Origin: a virus | IMG/VR virus record: IMGVR_UViG_3300009126_000404 | Span: 64,001 to 128,000 of that record | Reading direction: 5' to 3' (one strand) | Length of the DNA stretch: 64,000 bases | Part shown: positions 1 through 9,274 of the stretch, one piece after another | Numbering within the stretch: the first letter of the stretch is position 1 | Layout: every line of letters begins with the position of its first letter | The notes under the pieces: model-generated | Database searches by the model: none | What the model saw: the letters and a program-made list of their open reading frames with translations, nothing else | What the model was told of the DNA's origin: nothing | Program-made: the position numbers and the translations under genes

Positions 1-112
1 CCTAAACACAAGTATGATCCTAAAGTTATACAACAATATATTAAAGTTACAGAGAATTATGATAAACATAGGGGACACGATATTAACAAAGTGTCACCAG
101 AATTTTCTAGAC

Positions 113-943
113 TTAAAAATATTTAATACGTTCTGCTATACATAGCTCAGGTTTGAGCAAACTCTCATTTAATATATCAGCTTCAAAGCATTGTAACTTT
201 GTGCCATATACAATTTGGTGTGTAATCCATTGTGCATTAAAGAACCAAATATCACCTGGATCAAATGTAATATAATGTAACGGGTGATGAAATTGATCCC
301 ATTTCTGTTCGTTCCAAACACAACGATTACGAATTTCTGTTATAAAAGAATGTATATTTTCTTTATCAAGTTCACCTAATTTAAAGTCATCATAATATTC
401 TTTATATAGTTGTTCTACGTCTGGACCAAATGTTAGTACTCTTGAACGTTTTTTGTCTAGTTGTACAAACATACGTATTTGTTGCTCGTTGCCAGTATGC
501 TGTTCGTCTAGTTCATCTAAATGTAATTTATTTTCTACTAATGTATTATATCTATGACTAAGCATACGTTCACTTGTTTTATAATGTGGGAACAACATAT
601 TAAATATTTCATTCCAGCCTTCTTGTGATTGTTTATGTTTTTTATGAAATACATCTATTTGTTCTTCAGTCCAATCACGTTCATCACGTAGTCTGTCACG
701 TTTTTTAATATGACTATTATACCATGGCATAATCCATTTATTATCTGGAATAGTCCAATCTGGTAAGTCGTCATAGTATTCGTAGTCTAGGTTTGGTATA
801 GTTAGATTCTTAATAACTACAGGCCAGCCGCTCTCAAAAGCAGTATACAGCCTATAATTGTCTTCTAAATCTTGGGTGTTAGCGTCGAATATATTGACGA
901 TAAAATCATCTTTTGCTCTAATATCTTTAGCAATACGGGTCAT
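113..943 (-). CDS. KdoO (Kdo hydroxylase)-like Fe(II)-dependent dioxygenase, cupin fold
   Basis: LHLD...QIRMFVQLD...RVLTFG and FDPGDIWFFNAQWITHQIVYG resemble the HxD...H metal triad and surrounding pattern of the Kdo_hydroxy family. Confidence 0.55.
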   Translation of the reverse strand: MTRIAKDIRAKDDFIVNIFDANTQDLEDNYRLYTAFESGWPVVIKNLTIPNLDYEYYDDLPDWTIPDNKWIMPWYNSHIKKRDRLRDERDWTEEQIDVFHKKHKQSQEGWNEIFNMLFPHYKTSERMLSHRYNTLVENKLHLDELDEQHTGNEQQIRMFVQLDKKRSRVLTFGPDVEQLYKEYYDDFKLGELDKENIHSFITEIRNRCVWNEQKWDQFHHPLHYITFDPGDIWFFNAQWITHQIVYGTKLQCFEADILNESLLKPELCIAERIKYF

Positions 944-964
944 ATAACCTCCATTAAATCTTTA

Positions 965-986
965 GATAAATACTAATATATTTATG
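965..986. promoter_or_regulatory. Back-to-back T4-late-like promoters (GATAAATA + at 965-972; CATAAATA - at 979-986)
   Basis: NATAAATA octamers on each strand in the intergenic gap between divergent genes; similar to the T4 late consensus TATAAATA. Confidence 0.6.
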
Positions 987-1039
987 CAAGTAAATTCTGG
1001 GCGTCAACCATTAAATAATTCAAACATAAAAGAGAAAAT

Positions 1040-2125
1040 ATGACAAAAGCAGTTAACGTATGGAGTGAATTTCAACCACTTAAAAAAATAATACTTGGTG
1101 CACCGTTTCCACCTGAAACATTTGATTGGCATAAAGACGAGGAAACTCGTACTGTTATGCGTCAAATATTCAAAGAAACCGCAGAAGATATTGAAATACT
1201 TGCAAAATTATTAGAAGATAGAGGTATTGAGGTACTGCGTCCTAGTAATATTTTTACAATTACAGGTGAAGAACAAATACAATTACCTTGGATGCATTGT
1301 GGATTTCCTAACCACCCACTAATGCCACGCGATACATTAATGCCTTATGGTAACAGTATATTTGAATTATTTACAGGTAGCGATAATCGTTACTTTGAGA
1401 ATCTGGCTTACTATGATCATTGTTCGCAATGGTTTAAAGAAGGAGCCGATTGGGTTAGTATGCCAGGAGTATTAGTAGAGAGTGGTAAGAAATATGACCA
1501 CTTTGTTGCAAACGATCGAGTACTTTATCACGCGGCAAATATGATAAAGTGCGGACGCCATGTGTTATTCAGCCAGCCGTATGAGGGCGATAGCAAACGT
1601 GGTAGGGGTACGGAACTGGGCCGTGAATGGATCCAACGTGAAATAAAGTTGAGATATCCTAATACCGAATTTTTGGACATTCCAGTAGGAGGACACATCG
1701 ACGGCAAGATAGCTCTACTAAAACCTGGTGTACTAATGACTTGGAATAGAAATTGGGTACCTGATGAAATGAAGCATTGGCACATTATTGAAGTAGCAGA
1801 TGATTTTGATATGCCTGAAGACTTTCAACAAACTCGTAAACGTAGATTCCACAAAGACTATGTAAGCAAATGGTTAAGCCATTGGGTAGGTTGCCCAGAT
1901 GAAAGTGTGTTTGATGTTAACGTATTATCGTTAGATGAAAGCACTGTTATTTGTACAGGCAAAAATGAACAAGCATTTGCAGAAATGGAAGCACATGGAA
2001 TTGAACCAATATACTGGAACTTTAGACATCAGTACTTTTGGGACGGAGGCATACATTGCCTAACAAGCGATATTGTAAGAGAAGGCAATTGCAACGATTA
2101 CATAACTAACAAGAGATATTATTAA
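1040..2125 (+). CDS. Amidinotransferase (glycine/inosamine-phosphate amidinotransferase family)
   Basis: VNVWSEFQPLKKIILG, PRD, GHIDG and C-terminal GGIHCLT (catalytic Cys) motifs. Confidence 0.9.
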   Translation: MTKAVNVWSEFQPLKKIILGAPFPPETFDWHKDEETRTVMRQIFKETAEDIEILAKLLEDRGIEVLRPSNIFTITGEEQIQLPWMHCGFPNHPLMPRDTLMPYGNSIFELFTGSDNRYFENLAYYDHCSQWFKEGADWVSMPGVLVESGKKYDHFVANDRVLYHAANMIKCGRHVLFSQPYEGDSKRGRGTELGREWIQREIKLRYPNTEFLDIPVGGHIDGKIALLKPGVLMTWNRNWVPDEMKHWHIIEVADDFDMPEDFQQTRKRRFHKDYVSKWLSHWVGCPDESVFDVNVLSLDESTVICTGKNEQAFAEMEAHGIEPIYWNFRHQYFWDGGIHCLTSDIVREGNCNDYITNKRYY

Positions 2126-3225
2126 TGAACTGGTATAGACAAATACATAAACTACAAATAGACGTAACTAGTCACTGTAATGCAAGATGTGGTGCATGTA
2201 TAAGAAATATAAGTGGCGGGAAAACAAGACCTGGATTAAAACTATCTCATTTTGATCTTGATGTATGGAAAAGAATGGCAAGAGAAGATACCAAAGGTTG
2301 GTGGGTTAGACAATTAACATTAAATGGAAATTGGGGCGACCCGATGATGCACCCAGATTTAGTAGAAATGCTAGAATTTTGGATAGATCAACATCCAGAA
2401 AGTTTTATTTCAATTGCAACAAATGGAAGTATGCGTGGAACTCAATTTTGGGCAGACCTTGCTAAAGTATTAAGACAAGGTTCTCATCATAAAATTGATT
2501 TTGCTGTAGACGGAATGGAAGATACTCATCATTTATATAGAAGAAGAACCGTGTTTTCTAAATTAACAGAAAATATTAAAAGTTTCACTGACGCAGGTGG
2601 AAACGCAAATGTACAAATGACTATGTTTGAACATAACAAACATCAAATTGAAGAAGTTAAAGAATTATCAAGGCAGTTAGGAGTACGAGAGTTTGTCGCA
2701 AGAAGAAGTCACAGTGCAGAAATGCAAATTATAGATGAGGGTGAAGACTATCATATAAGTGGATATTATCCATCAAATGATAAAAATTATATTGTTGGAA
2801 CCGATAAACCGCAAATGTCAGCACGGTTTGAAGAAAATGACCATCCAGTAAGTGATAATAGAGATAGAATATGGCTAAGGGCAAATGACATATTTGAAGA
2901 ATTAAACGAAAATCATATACCAAGCAAATGTCCATGGAAGGACGAAGGTGAAGTACAAATTGATCCATGGGGTACTGTATGGCCGTGTTGTCATATAAGT
3001 TTATATGGTGGCGATAGGGCATCAGAATCTATGTCTATAGCTAGTGACTTTAGCCAAGAAGCAGAAGATGATAATTTAATTAATAAAGGTCAGAGAGATA
3101 ATAACTTACATGATAATTCGTTAAAAGATATATTAAACGGCTATTGGTTTAATGATATATTAAACAATGCAATAGAAAATGCAGATTGGAAAGTATGTAG
3201 AAAGAATTGTGGGGTGTGTAAATAA
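2125..3225 (+). CDS. Radical SAM protein with C-terminal SPASM/twitch domain
   Basis: CNARCGAC; GNWGDP; C-terminal CPW...IDPWGTVWPCC...CRKNC. Confidence 0.9.
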   Translation: MNWYRQIHKLQIDVTSHCNARCGACIRNISGGKTRPGLKLSHFDLDVWKRMAREDTKGWWVRQLTLNGNWGDPMMHPDLVEMLEFWIDQHPESFISIATNGSMRGTQFWADLAKVLRQGSHHKIDFAVDGMEDTHHLYRRRTVFSKLTENIKSFTDAGGNANVQMTMFEHNKHQIEEVKELSRQLGVREFVARRSHSAEMQIIDEGEDYHISGYYPSNDKNYIVGTDKPQMSARFEENDHPVSDNRDRIWLRANDIFEELNENHIPSKCPWKDEGEVQIDPWGTVWPCCHISLYGGDRASESMSIASDFSQEAEDDNLINKGQRDNNLHDNSLKDILNGYWFNDILNNAIENADWKVCRKNCGVCK

Positions 3226-4475
3226 TGTACGTTAATCCAATGTTAAACGATACTCGCTATCCAACGTGCCTTGCACCTTGGAACGCATTGACTATTAAAT
3301 GGGGTGGTAATGTATTGCCGGACATTATCTATAATGGAAAATTTGGTAACATTACAAAACAAACATTACCTGAAATTTTGAATAGTGACGAAGCAGTAGC
3401 ATTAAGAAAGTCACACGCAGATAGAATAGTACCTAAGGCATGTTTGGCGTGTACTAAAAAAGAACAAAGCGGCAAAAGCCGTAGAATGTATTTTTGGGAT
3501 AAACTAGATGAAGATGTAAAACGTGGTAGTATTAAAAATACCGTAGACAGTAAGCCCGATATACGTTATTTAGACTTTACAATTAGTAATAAATGCAACC
3601 TAGCATGTATACATTGTAACCCATTTGTTAGCACAGGTTGGACCAAAGACGGAAAGAAATTAAACAAAGAAGCACCAGAATACTGGACTCAACAACAAAT
3701 TGGTTATCACGGTGTGGAAGATATGTCATTCCTTGATAACTTATTTGCAGACCCAGAATATTTTCGTAACTTACAGTGGGTAGCACTAAGAGGCGGCGAA
3801 CCTTTATATGATGAAAGTTGTAAAGCAATATTACAATGGTTTATTGATCAAGGACTAGCAAAAAACATTATGTTAGATATTAGTACAAATGCAACAGTAT
3901 TTGATGAAGATTTTCAAAAAATATTTAAACATTTTAAGCACATTGAATTACTTATTAGTATAGAAGCAGTTGACGAATTATATAGTGTAGTACGTGGTGG
4001 ACAATACACATTTGAAGATTTAGAAAGAAACATAGAAAAGTTTTACGAATACCCAAACATTGAAGTTGTGTTTGCCGTGACAGTTATGCTAACAAATGTA
4101 TTTGGGTTAGATAAAGTATGGAATTGGTTTAAAGAAAAACATGTACATAGAGCAAGTATAAGCATGAGCAACGTAGTAGTAAATCCTACATACCTCAATA
4201 TTGCATTCATGCCAGACGTATTAAAGTACATTATGTATGATAAATTACTACAGATTCCAGATCAAAGCATTTGGCCTAAAGGAAGTTATCATGCAGATGA
4301 AATACATTATCAAACAGGCATCCATGCTATTCGTGACGGATTACAAGTTGAAGTAGACGAAGCAGAACAAAAAAAGCAATGGAATTGGTTTGTTAAGTAT
4401 ACTGAAGACTTGGATAGATTACGTGGCACAGACACGTTTGCACTAATAAAGGAATTAAAATTATATAATGAATAA
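3225..4475 (+). CDS. Radical SAM protein with N-terminal twitch-like domain (PCC replaced by PDI)
   Basis: CNLACIHC, GGEP; N-terminal CLAPW...CLAC. Confidence 0.9.
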   Translation: MYVNPMLNDTRYPTCLAPWNALTIKWGGNVLPDIIYNGKFGNITKQTLPEILNSDEAVALRKSHADRIVPKACLACTKKEQSGKSRRMYFWDKLDEDVKRGSIKNTVDSKPDIRYLDFTISNKCNLACIHCNPFVSTGWTKDGKKLNKEAPEYWTQQQIGYHGVEDMSFLDNLFADPEYFRNLQWVALRGGEPLYDESCKAILQWFIDQGLAKNIMLDISTNATVFDEDFQKIFKHFKHIELLISIEAVDELYSVVRGGQYTFEDLERNIEKFYEYPNIEVVFAVTVMLTNVFGLDKVWNWFKEKHVHRASISMSNVVVNPTYLNIAFMPDVLKYIMYDKLLQIPDQSIWPKGSYHADEIHYQTGIHAIRDGLQVEVDEAEQKKQWNWFVKYTEDLDRLRGTDTFALIKELKLYNE

Positions 4476-5373
4476 CCCAGACTTTGGAAAAACAGGAAAC
4501 AGTGTATGGAACCAACCATATTTTGATTATTTAAATGAAACATTCTTTCCTAATATAGATATATCAACACTAGCTGATGAATCTAACATTATGTTGGATA
4601 GATATCAAGGATGGATTGAAAGCAGTAAACTAAACAAGTTTAATGGACTAGATGCATTTCCTTATCGTTTTGCAAGTGTAGGAACTACACAAACATTAGA
4701 TTGGTGGCATTACTATTGCTCAGTAAATAATCTTAACCTTAAAATGTTTAGAGGCGAGTACCCGTATAATAGAGATGTTTATATGCAAAAGAAAATAGAA
4801 TGGTCACATAGTATTGACGACATAGGATTAACACAAGGCGATGCAGTTTTAGTAAGTGTACCATTTAGTGGTACTGGGCGTGTTCCTGAAAGGTGGAACG
4901 ATATAATTAAAATATGTAATCAATTAAAAATTCCAGTACTAGTAGATTGTGCATGGTTTGGAACTTGTTTTGATATTGAAATAAATTTAGATGAACCGTG
5001 TATTAAAATGGTTGTGTTTAGTACTACAAAAGGATTAAGTTGTGGTAACTGGCGTAGTGGTATTGTATTCTCACGTATAAACGAAGGTAGTTTAGAAGTA
5101 CAAACAGATTGGAATCATGGAAATCATTTAGCGACAGCAATTGCTAACAGGCTTATGGAAAAATTTGGACCCGACACTATTCCTAAAAAATATTTAGATT
5201 CACATATTGCTGTATGTGAACATTATGGATTTGAAATGACAAACACAGTACATATTGCACTAGCACCAAAAGGACCTAAGTATGATGAGTTTCATAGAGA
5301 TGGAATATATAACAGAATTAATATTGCAAAAGCATTAAAACGTCACAAAACAAAAGGAAACTTTTATGAATAG
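4468..5373 (+). CDS. Compact PLP-dependent (fold I aminotransferase-like) enzyme
   Basis: VLVDCAW (Asp contacting PLP) and FSTTKGL...RSG (PLP-lysine) motifs. Confidence 0.7.
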   Translation: MNNPDFGKTGNSVWNQPYFDYLNETFFPNIDISTLADESNIMLDRYQGWIESSKLNKFNGLDAFPYRFASVGTTQTLDWWHYYCSVNNLNLKMFRGEYPYNRDVYMQKKIEWSHSIDDIGLTQGDAVLVSVPFSGTGRVPERWNDIIKICNQLKIPVLVDCAWFGTCFDIEINLDEPCIKMVVFSTTKGLSCGNWRSGIVFSRINEGSLEVQTDWNHGNHLATAIANRLMEKFGPDTIPKKYLDSHIAVCEHYGFEMTNTVHIALAPKGPKYDEFHRDGIYNRINIAKALKRHKTKGNFYE

Positions 5374-6505
5374 ACTACCTAGTAATGCCTGTGCTTATCC
5401 ATTTAAAGCAGAGATGCTTATGCATGGACAACCTTCTACACCTTGTTGTAGATTCCATAATAGGTTTCTTACAGATAGAGGGTTTGATGAGATACGTGAA
5501 ACAATGATGCGTAACGAATGGCACCCTGGTTGTTATAAATGTAAGTCAGATGAAGAAATGAAAGGTAGCAGTATGAGAACTGAAGCTGATGAATTCTTTG
5601 ATGACTTTACAGATACAATACGTTTAGAATATTTAGAAATAACAGTAGGTAGGCTTTGTAACTTGGCTTGTTTAAGTTGCGGAAGTGACTTTAGCCACAC
5701 CTGGGATAAAGATGAACTTGCATTAGGTATTAGTGATGAGGCAAAAATAAAGAAGTTAAAGGAAGTACAAGAATACGACTTAGATAATTTAGACTTAGGT
5801 AAATTAGAGCATGTTAAGTTTATTAAAGTAACAGGTGGAGAACCATTTTTGCATAGACAGTTTTTAAACTTAGTCGTTAGATTAGCGGACAGCGGACTAG
5901 CAGGACAGATCGACTTAGAAATATTTACAAACTGTACATGGTATCCAGCAAAACTAGAATTAGATGCATTGTTAAAATTTAAACGTATACAACTAAGTCC
6001 TAGCATTGATGGAGTTGAAAGTACAAACGACCTTCTACGTTACCCTAGTAAATGGAATAAAATTGAGACTACACTTGACAAGTGGATAGAGCTTAAAGAC
6101 GCTACAGGACGCTTAAAAATAGCTACAGCCACCACTATAAGCGTCATTAACGCTCCACAGATGCATGAGTTTATACATTGGGCAAGAGTGCATAAAGGAA
6201 TAGGAGTAATGCTACAAACAGTATATGAACCTCATTATTTAAGTGTTGAGCATTGGAGCAATGAATATAGAAGATTATTAAAACTAACAATAGATCAACA
6301 ATACATGGGTTTTAATAAAAATAGCAATAAGTTTGATGCTAGTTATAAACTATTAAACAATTTGTGTTCTGTTGTAACTAATGCACAGAATGATAAAACA
6401 GAAGAATACATAATAGAGCTAAAAAGAATATTAGCACATCGTGGACAAGATATAAGCATGGCTCCTAAGTTTGCTAATATATTAAAGTATATGAATTATG
6501 ATTAA
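5366..6505 (+). CDS. Twitch-domain radical SAM protein
   Basis: N-terminal CAYPF...PCC...CYKC; CNLACLSC; TGGEP. Confidence 0.9.
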   Translation: MNRLPSNACAYPFKAEMLMHGQPSTPCCRFHNRFLTDRGFDEIRETMMRNEWHPGCYKCKSDEEMKGSSMRTEADEFFDDFTDTIRLEYLEITVGRLCNLACLSCGSDFSHTWDKDELALGISDEAKIKKLKEVQEYDLDNLDLGKLEHVKFIKVTGGEPFLHRQFLNLVVRLADSGLAGQIDLEIFTNCTWYPAKLELDALLKFKRIQLSPSIDGVESTNDLLRYPSKWNKIETTLDKWIELKDATGRLKIATATTISVINAPQMHEFIHWARVHKGIGVMLQTVYEPHYLSVEHWSNEYRRLLKLTIDQQYMGFNKNSNKFDASYKLLNNLCSVVTNAQNDKTEEYIIELKRILAHRGQDISMAPKFANILKYMNYD

Positions 6506-7727
6506 TAAAGAAAAACTAAAACAAAGTAAAACATTTTGTATGTTACCATTTATGCATATCTACGGAACTGCAGGTGGAAACATAGTGCCTTGCTGTGAGG
6601 CGCAGGAGATACCATTGAATAAGAAGAATGAAAGTGCTCTGGATAGTTGGAATAATGAAAACTACCGAGAGCTAAGACGTGCTCTGGCATCGGACGAAAG
6701 ACCAGAACGCTGTAACGTGTGCTGGCACAACGAGGATAGTGGCATTGTGAGCAATCGTCAACAATGGGAAGATGACAATTGGGATGAATTTGCCAATGTC
6801 ATAGAAGTTAATGATGACTATAGTGTTAACAATAGCCCTAAGTGGATTGAACTCAAAGTTAGTAACTTCTGTAACCTAAAGTGCATTATGTGTAGCACAC
6901 ACAGCTCTTACAAACGTGTTAAGGATTTAGATATAATAACAAAGTATCAAGAAGCTGGGCACGAAACTAGATTACTAAGGCCAACAACACTATTTGACAG
7001 TTTAAATGAATGGCCCGAACTATGGGACCATGTTCATACATTACAATTTACAGGTGGTGAGCCTATTATTAATAAAGAGCATTATGACTTATTAGATTCT
7101 ATACCTCAGCAATTAAAGAAAAATATTAAATTACGTTATGCTAGTAATTTAAGTTATATAAAATTTAAACAATATGATTTAGTTAAAATTTGGAATGAAT
7201 TTAAAAGTGTAAATATTAAAGTAAGTATGGACGGTATTAAAGGTGTGTATAACTTTATACGCCAAGATGGTGATTGGGATAATGTATATGCTAATATGCT
7301 GGTCCTTAACGCCGAACCAACAATAGACGTAGCGGCTGGTATTACAATACAAGCACATAATATATTTCACTTACCAGAGTTTTATACATTTTGGAAAAAC
7401 AGTGAAGTTGATTTGAGATTTATTACTGCTAACATTTTGCAAACACCTAGATACTTAGCACCAAGTGTCTGGCCAGCAGAATACAGAGAAGCAATTATTA
7501 ATAAGTTAAAAAGTGCATTAAATGAACATCCAGAAATGCAAAAGTTTATAACGTATATGGAAAACAACCAGCCTAACATACGTGACTATGCAAAGATGAG
7601 AAAATATAATAGAGATTTAGAAGAAAGATACCCAAAGGATATAACATTAAAATCAATGGTAAATGACCATTTGGGTATGCAACCAGAAGATATGAAAGCA
7701 GTACATGAAAGGCTAACAAATGATTAA
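6498..7727 (+). CDS. Twitch-domain radical SAM protein
   Basis: CMLPF...PCC...CNVC; CNLKCIMC; TGGEP. Confidence 0.92.
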   Translation: MINKEKLKQSKTFCMLPFMHIYGTAGGNIVPCCEAQEIPLNKKNESALDSWNNENYRELRRALASDERPERCNVCWHNEDSGIVSNRQQWEDDNWDEFANVIEVNDDYSVNNSPKWIELKVSNFCNLKCIMCSTHSSYKRVKDLDIITKYQEAGHETRLLRPTTLFDSLNEWPELWDHVHTLQFTGGEPIINKEHYDLLDSIPQQLKKNIKLRYASNLSYIKFKQYDLVKIWNEFKSVNIKVSMDGIKGVYNFIRQDGDWDNVYANMLVLNAEPTIDVAAGITIQAHNIFHLPEFYTFWKNSEVDLRFITANILQTPRYLAPSVWPAEYREAIINKLKSALNEHPEMQKFITYMENNQPNIRDYAKMRKYNRDLEERYPKDITLKSMVNDHLGMQPEDMKAVHERLTND

Positions 7728-8001
7728 AGTATTTTTTATAGCAAAGATTAAAAATTTTAACGATGACTATTATGATTATAGTAAACGGGTCAGAGAAAAA
7801 GCAGAAACACTTCCTGGCTTCATTGATATAATATCTGAAGAAAAAGATGATGTTGAAATAACAATTAGCTCATGGAAAACTAAAGAAGATGTTGAAGCCT
7901 GGAGAAAAGATCCTTTACACATGGAAGCAAAAGCAAGAGCACATGAGTGGTATTATTGGGTTAAAGGAATACATGTAGAGGCAGTAGATGAAAAAAGGTG
8001 A
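7720..8001 (+). CDS. Antibiotic biosynthesis monooxygenase (ABM) family protein
   Basis: 93 aa; LPGFI...ITISSWKTKEDVEAWRKDPLH pattern typical of ABM/dimeric alpha-beta barrel proteins. Confidence 0.8.
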   Translation: MIKVFFIAKIKNFNDDYYDYSKRVREKAETLPGFIDIISEEKDDVEITISSWKTKEDVEAWRKDPLHMEAKARAHEWYYWVKGIHVEAVDEKR

Positions 8002-9274
8002 GAAGGATTGGGATTATCAATTTGTTAGTGACTGTGAAGTTGTAAATGTTTTTATACCAAAAAACACACACCTTAGCGGACATGAAGAATTAAAACAAAA
8101 ACTACAAATGCTACAGCAAGTAGAGTGTGACAATCACTTGACTTCTAGCATAGTGAATTTGTATAATACTAGTAGCATTGAATGGATAGAACATGTTAGA
8201 AAAATGGGACACAAATATGTTGCATTTTGGTTCGACGGATGCTGGCCTAAAACGGATGGACTTGAAAAGAAAATATTAAACTATATAAAACGTTTGGAAA
8301 AGAAAGACTGGATTACAGCAGTACATCCAAAGTTTTTAGATAGTTTAATGTTGTTGAATATAGATGAATTTATTGCCTGGCCAGCTAAAGCACCTAACTT
8401 TGGAAATTATGAGTTTTGGGCGGAAAATTGGATAAGTGATTGTACTGTAGAATTAAGTCTAACAATACAAAGAAACATTGTAGTAGGTGCTCCACAAACA
8501 GATCCACAGAACTTTTTAAATGGGTTAATGGGTAAAAAGTACACAGATCACACGATAGCAAGAGGGGCCAGAGTTATTATTAAACGTAAGAATATACCCA
8601 GTAGCCCTGTATATTTTGTTAATACAGAGCCAAGTAGTCCTAAGGTAGCAGAACACATAAAAAACACGGTATTTAAGCAATATGTGGGTGCTACAGCCGG
8701 GTTTAAACTGCTATATTACGCATATACGTACGGTTTAGATATAGATAGTACAAAGTTCGTATGGTACGATTTTGACGCACACAGCATTGAATTTAAGCGT
8801 CTAATGGTGGAAAAATGGGACGGAAATGACTATCCAACGTTTGTTAAACAATGGTGTGAAGATAACCCTGATGCAAATACACAATTATTGCGATTTGTGA
8901 GTAAACAATGGTTAAATATAGTAGAACAGTTCGGTGGTATGGATAACTGGCTGGATTTTTGGATACAAGTAAAACTATGTAAACATGAATTTTTAAAGGT
9001 AGATCTTGTCCAAGATCATGACAAAATAACAAAATTATTAGACAATAATTCAAGTACGTTTTTCTGGGCAAGTAACATATACAGTTATGTATTATTAAAA
9101 GTTATGAGTGAACCATTTACACTAGAAAACAGTTTTGCTAATCTAATAACAAGATTACAAGAAATAAACAAATGCTGGTTTTCAGGTACAGACCCCAATG
9201 ATAATGATTTAACCTGTGATGTAAAATGGGTACTTGGATACAGTACAAATGATAGTATAGGAACAGGAATATAA
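7988..9274 (+). CDS. Hypothetical protein (paralog of 9274..10677)
   Basis: 428-aa ORF coupled to its neighbours; shares blocks with the next ORF. Confidence 0.7.
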   Translation: MKKGEKDWDYQFVSDCEVVNVFIPKNTHLSGHEELKQKLQMLQQVECDNHLTSSIVNLYNTSSIEWIEHVRKMGHKYVAFWFDGCWPKTDGLEKKILNYIKRLEKKDWITAVHPKFLDSLMLLNIDEFIAWPAKAPNFGNYEFWAENWISDCTVELSLTIQRNIVVGAPQTDPQNFLNGLMGKKYTDHTIARGARVIIKRKNIPSSPVYFVNTEPSSPKVAEHIKNTVFKQYVGATAGFKLLYYAYTYGLDIDSTKFVWYDFDAHSIEFKRLMVEKWDGNDYPTFVKQWCEDNPDANTQLLRFVSKQWLNIVEQFGGMDNWLDFWIQVKLCKHEFLKVDLVQDHDKITKLLDNNSSTFFWASNIYSYVLLKVMSEPFTLENSFANLITRLQEINKCWFSGTDPNDNDLTCDVKWVLGYSTNDSIGTGI

